From Promethearchaeota archaeon (GTDB lineage: Archaea > Asgardarchaeota > Lokiarchaeia > Sigyniarchaeales > SOKP01): a DNA stretch of 23,862 bases. Position numbers and translations under genes: made by a program. Positions 9,343 to 17,267 of the stretch are shown here, piece after piece. How positions within the stretch are numbered: the stretch's first letter is position 1; each line of letters begins with the position of its first letter. The stretch spans positions 1-23,862 of the forward strand of contig JBHLOI010000049.1 in the NCBI GenBank assembly GCA_048940645.1, written 5' to 3'. The notes below the pieces were generated by a model. That model was given only the letters and a program-made list of their open reading frames with translations. It made no database searches and was not told where the DNA came from.

Positions 9343-10104
9343 TTAAAATCCGTCAAATTTAGCCCATTCATCGTCTTCGTCATATTCTTCTTCATCATCA
9401 GTATATTCTTCAACCTTTTCCTCGTTATACTGCTCTGAATATTCTTCTTCAACTTCTTCCAGTTCATCATCAAAACTAATTGCCTTTTCTAAATCAGTGC
9501 TAATTTCTGCTTGACTTATTCTTACTTTTGGTATTTCTTTCTTTTCTGGTGTTTTCTTTTCAACTAATTTTAAATAATCTCCATGTATCTTTATTGTTAT
9601 TGGAGTCTCTTCTTGTAATAACCTTACTACAACCTCTTCGCTACTTGATGTATCATGAGGCATTCGCATTACTATAGCTCGAGCACCTTCAAAAACTCCA
9701 CTAATAATTTCTACAGTATCTCCTTCTTCTAAGTACTCTGTAACACTTCTTGGGAGTAATACATGTTTTAATTCTTTTAATTTGATGTTTTGTACGATTC
9801 TTCCTTTAATATGAGGAATTCCCTGAACCGCCACCTGTACGTCTCTCTTTTGAGGAGCCTCAAAAAAGACATAACCGGGAAGTAGAGGTGAAACCAACAT
9901 GGCTCTAATATCAGGGACGCCATCGAGTATCTTAAACCGGTAGAAAATTTGCCGTAGAATATTGCTTTCTTGGTTAATCGTTGTTCTAACTGCGAATAAA
10001 GTAGTTAAATCTTCTTTCTCGTCTAAATCATTCGAAATACTTGGTTCATCAATTTTCAGTTCTTTTTCTTCACTTTCATTGACGTTATTTTCTTGATCAA
10101 CCAT
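9343..10104 (-). CDS. spt5: Transcription elongation factor Spt5 (NGN + KOW) with acidic N- and C-terminal extensions
   Basis: FAVRTTINQE and LPGYVFFEA (NGN domain); EEGDTVEIISGVFEGARAIV (KOW); PITIKIHGDYL. Confidence 0.9.
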   Translation of the reverse strand: MVDQENNVNESEEKELKIDEPSISNDLDEKEDLTTLFAVRTTINQESNILRQIFYRFKILDGVPDIRAMLVSPLLPGYVFFEAPQKRDVQVAVQGIPHIKGRIVQNIKLKELKHVLLPRSVTEYLEEGDTVEIISGVFEGARAIVMRMPHDTSSSEEVVVRLLQEETPITIKIHGDYLKLVEKKTPEKKEIPKVRISQAEISTDLEKAISFDDELEEVEEEYSEQYNEEKVEEYTDDEEEYDEDDEWAKFDGF

Positions 10105-10278
10105 TTTTTATCACTTAATCCTTATTTGAATTCTCCTACATTGTAATTTATAATAAAAATCGTAGAAAAAAAAGTCTAAGATCTTTAGGTATTACTAAAT
10201 TTTAAAATTTTGCTTTTTAATAAGACATATAATAAATCCTATTAATCAGAAACATTTGGGCTAAGAATATTAAATGAT

Positions 10279-10668
10279 CTATAAGGGAATATTATTAATA
10301 TCCAATATTTCAGGTATCCTATTCTTACGTTCTAACCAACCTATCTCAGCATTTGTGTATCTCCAGGTTATTTCACACTTACCAGGCTCATTACTAGTCT
10401 CTGTCTCCCAATCCCACGGATTCACTATAACTAAATCGCCTCTACGTATCCACACTCTTTTCTTTATTTTACCGCGAATTCTACCCATTCGATGCTTTCC
10501 ATCTTCGCAAAAGATACCCATACGATCATTACCATAAATTTCGACTACTCTTCCAAACATTTCTCCTAACCCCTTATTAGGAAATTTTACCCGCGTGATA
10601 ACAGGAGCTTCAGTACTCCCTCCACGTCCTTTTCCTCTCTTACTTTTTTTACCTTTCTTTTTTGCCAT
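10279..10668 (-). CDS. eif1a: Translation initiation factor aIF-1A
   Basis: GEMFGRVVEIYGNDRMGIFCEDGKHRMGRIRGKIKKRVWIRRGDLVIVNPWDW...ITWRYT is the archaeal/eukaryotic IF-1A OB-fold signature. Confidence 0.95.
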   Translation of the reverse strand: MAKKKGKKSKRGKGRGGSTEAPVITRVKFPNKGLGEMFGRVVEIYGNDRMGIFCEDGKHRMGRIRGKIKKRVWIRRGDLVIVNPWDWETETSNEPGKCEITWRYTNAEIGWLERKNRIPEILDINNIPL

Positions 10669-10706
10669 ACTTATTAACTCAAAATTCTTACTATTTTTAT
10701 AATTTG

Positions 10707-11045
10707 CTATTCAATTTTATCATCCGGTTTATATTCTCCTTTAATAAATACAATTTTTACCGGATTGTTTGAATCATTTCTAATATTATGCATCTCTTTT
10801 GGTTCACAAAGGAAGACAGTACCTTGAGGAGCAGGATATTCTTTATCATTAACAATCATAACCCCATTACCTTCCATAAAGTAGAAGGTTTCATCAATAA
10901 TATTATGTCCATGTGCTTTATCTCCCATCATCTCACCTGGTTTAAGAAATATTACTCCCCAATCAATACTTGGTCCACGCATCAGGTACTTTACCCCACT
11001 TTCACCTTTTCTATATTTAAAATCATTTTCATTGACTTTTTTCAT
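10707..11045 (-). CDS. Cupin domain protein
   Basis: HGH...ETFYFMEGNG and PKEMHNIRN metal-binding cupin motifs. Confidence 0.85.
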   Translation of the reverse strand: MKKVNENDFKYRKGESGVKYLMRGPSIDWGVIFLKPGEMMGDKAHGHNIIDETFYFMEGNGVMIVNDKEYPAPQGTVFLCEPKEMHNIRNDSNNPVKIVFIKGEYKPDDKIE

Positions 11046-11200
11046 TTTGAATAACCAATTCTATAGCCTTTATTATAAAACAATTTATCCAATTTAAGTT
11101 AAAAATCTTATTATAAAAACATTAATGACTTAATCTTACATTTAATTATAATATGTTTTATTTATAAATTTTTATAAAAAATACAGAAATAAAGTAAAGA

Positions 11201-12400
11201 ATGATAAAAATTATGATTCCTTCTTTCAATTTTGCTAGTATTCCTCATATTATTTTTGGTCCTGGAGTGATAACTCAACTCTTTGATATAATTACTAAAT
11301 TTGGAAAAAATGTACTTTTTGTAATTGGTGAAAAATCGTTAAAAAAATCAGGAAAATGGAGTGAGATAATAAAAAGTTTAGAAATTAACTCAATAAATTA
11401 TTCTTATGTTTCGGTTTCTGGAGAACCCTCACCTACCCTAGTAGATAGTGTAGTAAATCAATATAGGGATAAAAAACCTGATTTAGTTGTTGGAATAGGC
11501 GGAGGTAGTGTAACTGATGCGGGAAAAGCAATCTCTGCTATGATGTTTAAAAAAGATACAATTAAAAATTATCTTGAAGGAGTGGGAACTAAAAAACATG
11601 ATGGTAAGAAAATTCCTTTTATAGCTATCCCCACAACATCAGGAACCGGAAGTGAGGCAACTAAAAATGCTGTTATAAGTGAAATTGGATCTGAAGGGTT
11701 TAAAAAGTCATTAAGACATGATAATTTAGTTCCTAATTATTCTGTTATTGATCCAGAGCTTATAATTTCATGCCCTCCATCAGTCACAGCTGCTTGTGGT
11801 ATGGATGCTTTCACCCAACTTTTAGAAGCTTATACTTCAAATAAATCAACTCCTATGACAGATTCCTTGGCTTATAGTGGTATGAAGTATATGAAAGATG
11901 CTATTATTCCTGCTTACACAACAGGGCACTCCGACATGAATGTAAGATCATCAATGGCTTATGGCTCTTTGATGTCGGGAATATGTCTAGCAAATGCGGG
12001 ATTAGGGATAATTCACGGTCTAGCTTCACCTATTGGCGGTTTTTTCGAAATGCCTCACGGTGTGATATGTGGAACTCTTTTAGCTGAAAGTACAAGAATG
12101 AATATAGAGAAATTGAAAGAATTAGGAGCCTCTGGGAAGCAGGCATTACAAAAATATGCTCATGTTGGAGCATTATTTGATATAAATAAATGCTTTAATG
12201 CCACTAAAATAGATTATTATTGTTCACTTTTGATTAAAGTTTTAGAAAGTTGGACGAGTGAATTAAATATTGATTTATTAGGGAAGTATGGTATACAAGA
12301 GGATGATATCGAAAGAATTGTGAACATTACAAGATTAAAGAACAATCCCGTGTCGTTAACTAAAGAAGATATTAGAAAGATCCTTGGAAATCGAATATAA
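11201..12400 (+). CDS. Iron-containing alcohol dehydrogenase
   Basis: GIGGGSVTDAGKA, PTTSGTGSEAT, GMDAFTQLLEAY, LGIIHGLA, PHG. The start may be ATG at 11213. Confidence 0.92.
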   Translation: MIKIMIPSFNFASIPHIIFGPGVITQLFDIITKFGKNVLFVIGEKSLKKSGKWSEIIKSLEINSINYSYVSVSGEPSPTLVDSVVNQYRDKKPDLVVGIGGGSVTDAGKAISAMMFKKDTIKNYLEGVGTKKHDGKKIPFIAIPTTSGTGSEATKNAVISEIGSEGFKKSLRHDNLVPNYSVIDPELIISCPPSVTAACGMDAFTQLLEAYTSNKSTPMTDSLAYSGMKYMKDAIIPAYTTGHSDMNVRSSMAYGSLMSGICLANAGLGIIHGLASPIGGFFEMPHGVICGTLLAESTRMNIEKLKELGASGKQALQKYAHVGALFDINKCFNATKIDYYCSLLIKVLESWTSELNIDLLGKYGIQEDDIERIVNITRLKNNPVSLTKEDIRKILGNRI

Positions 12401-12446
12401 ATTTAAATAAGGAACTATTTTTTCATATAAGAAATAATAACATATC

Positions 12447-12971
12447 CTAGTATCTTCGAATATGCTTTAATATTTCCTTAGCTAGTAATTCGAATGCTAG
12501 CGCTACATTCTCGCCATTCTTACTTGATATTTTTAAAAATTTAAAAAAACTATGTTCTTCCTGAATTTGAAATATATAATCTTCTGAAAGATTAATTGAT
12601 CCAGCTAAATCTGATTTTGAACCAATAAATAATATAGGCAAATCTGGATTTTCTATCCTACAAATACTAACCCATTGCTCTAAATTCTCTAAAGTAATGG
12701 GACGAGTAAGATCGAAGAGTAAAAGTGCCCCCTTTGCTCCCATAGCATAACTTTTAAGAAGAAATCTAAACCTTTCTTGACCCCCAAAATCCCATATTTG
12801 CATTATCACTTCTTCTCCCTCAATTTTTAACTTTTTAAGAAAGAATTCTACTCCAATAGTCATTTGCATATTTTCAATAAACTTCCCCTTAACATATCTA
12901 TGAAGCATAGTGGTTTTTCCTACCCCTCCGTCTCCCGCGATAATTGTTTTAAGCACCTTAGTTTTAGTCAT
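12447..12971 (-). CDS. Rab-like small GTPase (Ras superfamily), paralog B
   Basis: G1 GDGGVGKT, G2 TIGVEF, G3 WDFGGQERFR, G4 SKSD, G5 SSK. No C-terminal Cys prenylation motif. Confidence 0.92.
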   Translation of the reverse strand: MTKTKVLKTIIAGDGGVGKTTMLHRYVKGKFIENMQMTIGVEFFLKKLKIEGEEVIMQIWDFGGQERFRFLLKSYAMGAKGALLLFDLTRPITLENLEQWVSICRIENPDLPILFIGSKSDLAGSINLSEDYIFQIQEEHSFFKFLKISSKNGENVALAFELLAKEILKHIRRY

Positions 12972-13051
12972 TTTAATGACACTCTTACTTATAAGTTAAG
13001 CTTTAATTATAATATGTGAAAAATCAAAACGTAATAAATTTTATTTTTTAT

Positions 13052-13483
13052 TTAATCGACGGATAAATACTTTTTTTGTCTTAGGAAAATCGTACTAATT
13101 CCAAATCTTTTTACTTCTTTACGCAAATTAGAATCATTTGTAGCCAAAAAAACATGTTTACTTCTCTTTTTTAAAATATTACATTGCTTTATTAAAAATT
13201 CATCAGTTGTTTCGTAATTATATTTAACGCTTCCATCAAATAAAATATTAAATTTATCTTTATTTGCCTCTAAATACAATAAACCTGATTCAAATTCCAT
13301 TTGAAACTTTATAGCTTGCGATTCTCTGTTTTTCTTCGCTTCTAATTCGTTTAAAATTTGTTTGAATATAATAAAATATATTTTTCCCTCAAGCTTTAAG
13401 TATATTTCATTTAAATAATCTACTTTAAATTGAAAGGGAAGCAAAATGAAATTAGAATCAATTATAACTACATTTTCATACAT
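13052..13483 (-). CDS. PIN-domain protein (Fcf1/Utp24/VapC9-like ribonuclease)
   Basis: VIIDSNFIL, ILNELE, TDEFLI, LATNDSNLRK and IFLRQKK match the archaeal Fcf1-like PIN pattern. Confidence 0.8.
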   Translation of the reverse strand: MYENVVIIDSNFILLPFQFKVDYLNEIYLKLEGKIYFIIFKQILNELEAKKNRESQAIKFQMEFESGLLYLEANKDKFNILFDGSVKYNYETTDEFLIKQCNILKKRSKHVFLATNDSNLRKEVKRFGISTIFLRQKKYLSVD

Positions 13484-13507
13484 AATAATATCTATTATGA
13501 ATTAATA

Positions 13508-14029
13508 TCAAAAAGTTTGTCTTTCTAAAATCCTTCTTGTTAATAAATTAAACGCTTCATGTACATTTTCTCCAGACTTACTTGAAACTTTTAGGTAATC
13601 AAATAGGTTAAATTCTTCCTGAAATGTTATTGCATAATCGTCATCTACCATTATATCGTCAAATAAATCATTTTTTGTGCCTAAAAATAAGATAGGGAGA
13701 TTTGGATTATTCTTTCGGCATATATTGACCCATTGTTCTAAATTCTCTAATGTTATGGGACGTGTTAGATCAAACATGAGAAGGGCTCCTTTTGCTCCTA
13801 ACACATAGCTCTCTAATAAAAATCGAAAACGCTCTTGGCCACCAAAATCCCATAATTGCAATGTGCAGTGCTGACCATCAAGTTCTGTCTCCTTAAGGAA
13901 AAATTCAACTCCTATCGTCATTTTTGTCTCTGCCGAAAATTTCCCCTCTACATAACGATGTAATAGAGTTGTTTTACCTACACCACCTTCTCCAGCTGTT
14001 AATATCTTTAAAATGAATTTTTTTGGCAT
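13508..14029 (-). CDS. Rab-like small GTPase (Ras superfamily), paralog A
   Basis: G1 GEGGVGKT, G2 TIGVEF, G3 WDFGGQERFR, G4 TKND, G5 SSK. No prenylation motif. Confidence 0.92.
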   Translation of the reverse strand: MPKKFILKILTAGEGGVGKTTLLHRYVEGKFSAETKMTIGVEFFLKETELDGQHCTLQLWDFGGQERFRFLLESYVLGAKGALLMFDLTRPITLENLEQWVNICRKNNPNLPILFLGTKNDLFDDIMVDDDYAITFQEEFNLFDYLKVSSKSGENVHEAFNLLTRRILERQTF

Positions 14030-14094
14030 CTTTATTTTTTAGCTTTTTTCTTTATAACTTCTTAATAGGATTTAAAGTTTTAAAACTTATTTTG

Positions 14095-14122
14095 TTAGAT
14101 ATTTGATATTAGATATTAGATA
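14095..14122. repeat. Four tandem 7-bp repeats (TT[A/T]GATA)
   Basis: ttagata tttgata ttagata ttagata in the divergent intergenic region between the GTPase and the cupin gene. Confidence 0.7.
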
Positions 14123-14296
14123 AAAATTTTTATTTTTTATTTTTTGGATTTAATTAAAGAGACTTTGTAAGAATTTTAATTAATTAGATATATAGTTAAA
14201 ATTAAAAATTTTAAATTTAAGTAAAGAGAAAACTATAAAGATTTAACTAGATAAATTTCATCCAAACATCATCACTAATAAAAAACTGTGTTAAAG

Positions 14297-14575
14297 ATGA
14301 AAAAGAAAAAACCTACGGAAGAAGAATTAAATAGCTTAAATATTAAATCCTGGGGCATCTGGGAAAAAGAAAGAAGTGTTTTTGACTGGTCATATAGCGA
14401 TACCGAGACTTGTTATATTTTAGAGGGCGAAGTTGAAGTTACAGACTCATCAACAGGGGAAAAGCTTGAATTTAAAAAAGGAGACCTTGTTCAATTTCCT
14501 AAAGGTCTAAAATGCGTATGGAATGTTAAAAAACCTGTAAGAAAACACTATAACTTTGGAGATCTTGATATATAA
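14297..14575 (+). CDS. Cupin superfamily protein (DUF861/EutQ-like)
   Basis: WGIWEKE..FDWSYSDTETCYILEGEVEV...KKGDLVQFPKGLKCVWNVKKPVRKHY. ATG at 14297 is preferred over the GTG at 14288. Confidence 0.85.
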   Translation: MKKKKPTEEELNSLNIKSWGIWEKERSVFDWSYSDTETCYILEGEVEVTDSSTGEKLEFKKGDLVQFPKGLKCVWNVKKPVRKHYNFGDLDI

Positions 14576-14787
14576 TTTAAAAACCTTTTTCTATTTTTTT
14601 TAATTCAATAGTTATTCTATAATAGTTCTTATATCCTTTATTTTTTCATTAATTTCAAAAAAAACCCAAATTGGTAACTCTTAAATATACAAACCTAATA
14701 ATAAATTAATGCAGACAAATTTTAAAACAAGCGTTTTAGAAGCCTTCCAAATATTAATAATATTTAACGTAAAGGAGGAGAAATCTA

Positions 14788-16443
14788 ATGGCATCTATAG
14801 AAAATATACTTAAAATATCAGAAGATAATATAAAAACTTTTTTTAATAACATTCCTATTCCTTCATATGTTTGGCAAAAGGTTGACAACGATTTTATATT
14901 GATTGATTATAATATTGCTGCAGTAAAAGCTACGAATGGAAAAATTAAAAAATATTTAGGTGAAAATGCCTCTGTTTTCCATGAAAATAGACCAGAACTT
15001 CTGGTAGAATTAAATAGATGTATAAAAGAGAAAAGTGGTTACATAAAAGAATTAAAATATAAGATGAAAACTACTGGTGAAGAGTTATACTTATCTGTTA
15101 GATATTATTTTGTACCTCCTGATTTAGTCATAGTACATACTGAAGATATAAGTAAACGTATAAATATTGAAAAAAATCTTCAAAAATCTGAAGAAAAGTA
15201 CAGGCATTTGTTTCAACACTCTCCATACGCAATTATATTACTTAATTTTAAAGGAGAAATTATAGATTTAAATGATTCTACAAGTCAATTATTTGGATTT
15301 CAAAAAGAAGAATTAATTGGTAAAAACTATTTAGAATTACCAGTATATCCAACAAAGTATTTATCAATTTTAAAATCAAGATATAAAAAAATACAAGAAG
15401 GCGAGTTATTAGAACCAATCGAATTACTAGTTAAAAAAAAAGATGGAATTAATGCATGGATTCTTTCTAGAATTTCGATACTTAAATTGGGGAAAAAAAA
15501 GATATTACAGACAATTGTTATGGATATTACCGAGCAAAAAAATTTTGAAGAGATTATAAAAAGAAAACTAATAATTGAACAATTTTTGTCAACGATTTCT
15601 TCTAGGTTTATCGGAAATGTTGATACTGATATGACAATTAATTTATCATTAATTGAAATGGGAAGGTTAATAGAGGCAAATCGTGCTTACTTATTATTAT
15701 TTAATGAAGAAAACTCTCTGGAATTTTTTACTCAACAATGGTGTCTTGAAGAGATTGAACCCAAACATTTAGATTCTATGGTAATTCATGTTGAGAGATA
15801 TCCATGGTGCTTACAACAATGTCAGGAACATGGACTGGTCTACATTCCGGATGTCTCTCAACTTCCTAAGGAAGCTGAGGCAACAAGACAAAAATTAGAG
15901 AGTTTAGCTATAAAATCTTTCTTAGCATTGCCAGTACACATAAAAGGAGAATTATATGGATTTATTGGCTTTGATAATATTCAGAAGATGAAAACATGGA
16001 GTAAGGAAGATTTTTCTTTACTGAAAACTTCTTCCGAAATTATTGGTGGAGCTTTAGAACGTAAATGGGCTGAAGAAACATTAAAGAGTAGCAATCAACT
16101 ATTAGCAGGAATAATTTCTTCATTAACAGACGTTATTTGTTTAATTGATAAAGGACTCAATATTATATGGAGTAATAACGTAGCTAAAAATCGTTTCGGT
16201 TCAGATACTAAAGGAAAGAAATGTTATGAGGTTTTTCGAGATCTTGAAAAACCATGTAATAAGTGCATAGCTCATAAAACATTTTCAGACAATAAAATTC
16301 ATGAACAAGAACTTGAACTAATTGACCTACAAGGCAATCGAATTGTATCATGGTGTACATCTAGTAGTGCTGCATTCAATTTGGAAGGTCAAACAGAATT
16401 AGCTGTATTAATCTTCAGAGATATATCGAATATAAAAAAATAA
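14788..16443 (+). CDS. PAS-PAS-GAF-PAS sensory protein with no recognisable output domain
   Basis: PAS/PAC ends HTEDIS, VMDITE and FRDIS; SEEKYRHLFQHSP linker; GAF segment KSFLALPVHIKGELYGFIGFD...WSKED; CYEVF..PCNKC PAS variant; SD-like AGGAGG at 14773-14778. Confidence 0.85.
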   Translation: MASIENILKISEDNIKTFFNNIPIPSYVWQKVDNDFILIDYNIAAVKATNGKIKKYLGENASVFHENRPELLVELNRCIKEKSGYIKELKYKMKTTGEELYLSVRYYFVPPDLVIVHTEDISKRINIEKNLQKSEEKYRHLFQHSPYAIILLNFKGEIIDLNDSTSQLFGFQKEELIGKNYLELPVYPTKYLSILKSRYKKIQEGELLEPIELLVKKKDGINAWILSRISILKLGKKKILQTIVMDITEQKNFEEIIKRKLIIEQFLSTISSRFIGNVDTDMTINLSLIEMGRLIEANRAYLLLFNEENSLEFFTQQWCLEEIEPKHLDSMVIHVERYPWCLQQCQEHGLVYIPDVSQLPKEAEATRQKLESLAIKSFLALPVHIKGELYGFIGFDNIQKMKTWSKEDFSLLKTSSEIIGGALERKWAEETLKSSNQLLAGIISSLTDVICLIDKGLNIIWSNNVAKNRFGSDTKGKKCYEVFRDLEKPCNKCIAHKTFSDNKIHEQELELIDLQGNRIVSWCTSSSAAFNLEGQTELAVLIFRDISNIKK

Positions 16444-16463
16444 AAAGATAAGAGATAATTAAT

Positions 16464-17006
16464 TCAAGTATATCTCTGTTTATCCCGATATTGTTTTACT
16501 GAAATTTCTCTTTCAGTCAACCTATCATTTTTAATTAAAGTTTCTTCAATAGCTTTAACTTCTGCGCGTGTAGTTACCTTAAACTTCTTAAGTCTTTCTA
16601 AGATTTCTTTTTCTCCAAAACCTTTATTATATAACTCTTTAAATTTAACAATTGTTAGTGTATTAAAGTAAATATATTGTTTATTTATAAAAATAATCAA
16701 CCAATTTTTCTTTCTTTGTTTTTGGGATAATTCAAATAATCGTTCTTGAATTTCTTCATATTTTCGCTTGAAATGTTTTGAGATTGTTTTATCATCTATA
16801 GTAGTTTGGTTTTTCAGAAATCTTTTAAGTTTATTACTAAAAAATAGGTTAGGTATGTATGAAAGACCGTACAAAATCAATGTAATACCTGTCATCCAAA
16901 TACCAGCTTGCAGATTGAATATAGCCACAACCGCAATGATAAGTATTAGGATTAAAAACCACTTCCTTCCAATGGATTTTAAAATTACTGTTAATTTTTC
17001 TGGCAT
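16464..17006 (-). CDS. Hypothetical protein with N-terminal transmembrane hairpin and basic soluble domain
   Basis: Two hydrophobic segments (about residues 16-56) followed by a Lys/Arg-rich region. Confidence 0.7.
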   Translation of the reverse strand: MPEKLTVILKSIGRKWFLILILIIAVVAIFNLQAGIWMTGITLILYGLSYIPNLFFSNKLKRFLKNQTTIDDKTISKHFKRKYEEIQERLFELSQKQRKKNWLIIFINKQYIYFNTLTIVKFKELYNKGFGEKEILERLKKFKVTTRAEVKAIEETLIKNDRLTEREISVKQYRDKQRYT

Positions 17007-17134
17007 ATTGATAATTTCAGTTGAACAGTCATTAGATATTATATTATGTTATTAAAGAACACTTAAAAAAATTATTTTTCTTCTGATAAAAATTGGAGAT
17101 ATTAGAGAGAATTATTTTAACCACAAAATTTTTT

Positions 17135-17267
17135 GCGTTTCTGGGTTCGGATGGGACCAGGTATTTTCCTGTTTCACCATGACCGTAGCCGTAGCCACAG
17201 TTTGAAAGTTCCCACAAATCGCAATTGCAGTACTATCTTCAACGCAAAACAGTTTAACTTCCAGCGC
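17135..17267 (-). other. Relaxed bulge-helix-bulge (BHB/BHL) RNA processing motif formed by the two flanks of the permuted 5S
   Basis: GCG (17267-17265) pairs with CGC (17137-17135); 3-nt bulge AAA (17140-17138); 4-bp helix CUGG (17264-17261) with CCAG (17144-17141); AAG (17260-17258) as the second bulge or loop. Confidence 0.75.
17139..17258 (-). rRNA. rrf: 5S rRNA, circularly permuted (canonical 3' half 17258-17194, UACG linker 17193-17190, canonical 5' half 17189-17139)
   Basis: The minus strand reads GUUAAACUGUUUUGCGUUGAAGAUAGUACUGCAAUUGCGAUUUGUGGGAACUUUCAAACUGUGGC-UACG-GCUACGGUCAUGGUGAAACAGGAAAAUACCUGGUCCCAUCCGAACCCAGAA. It contains the 5S hallmarks CCCAUCCGAAC (loop C), GUUAA (loop B) and AGUA/GAA (loop E). 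Helices I-V can be paired by hand. Length is 120 nt. Confidence 0.88.

Noticed and set aside
8852-11054. Plus-strand ORFs 8852-9040, 10274-10537 and 10788-11054
   Set aside because: Antisense to the well-supported longin/roadblock, aIF-1A and cupin genes.
17139-17258. Reading the locus as two broken 5S pseudogene fragments or a tRNA
   Set aside because: The two halves complement each other without gap or overlap, all helices pair, and the ends coincide with predicted BHB cut sites. No tRNA cloverleaf is present.
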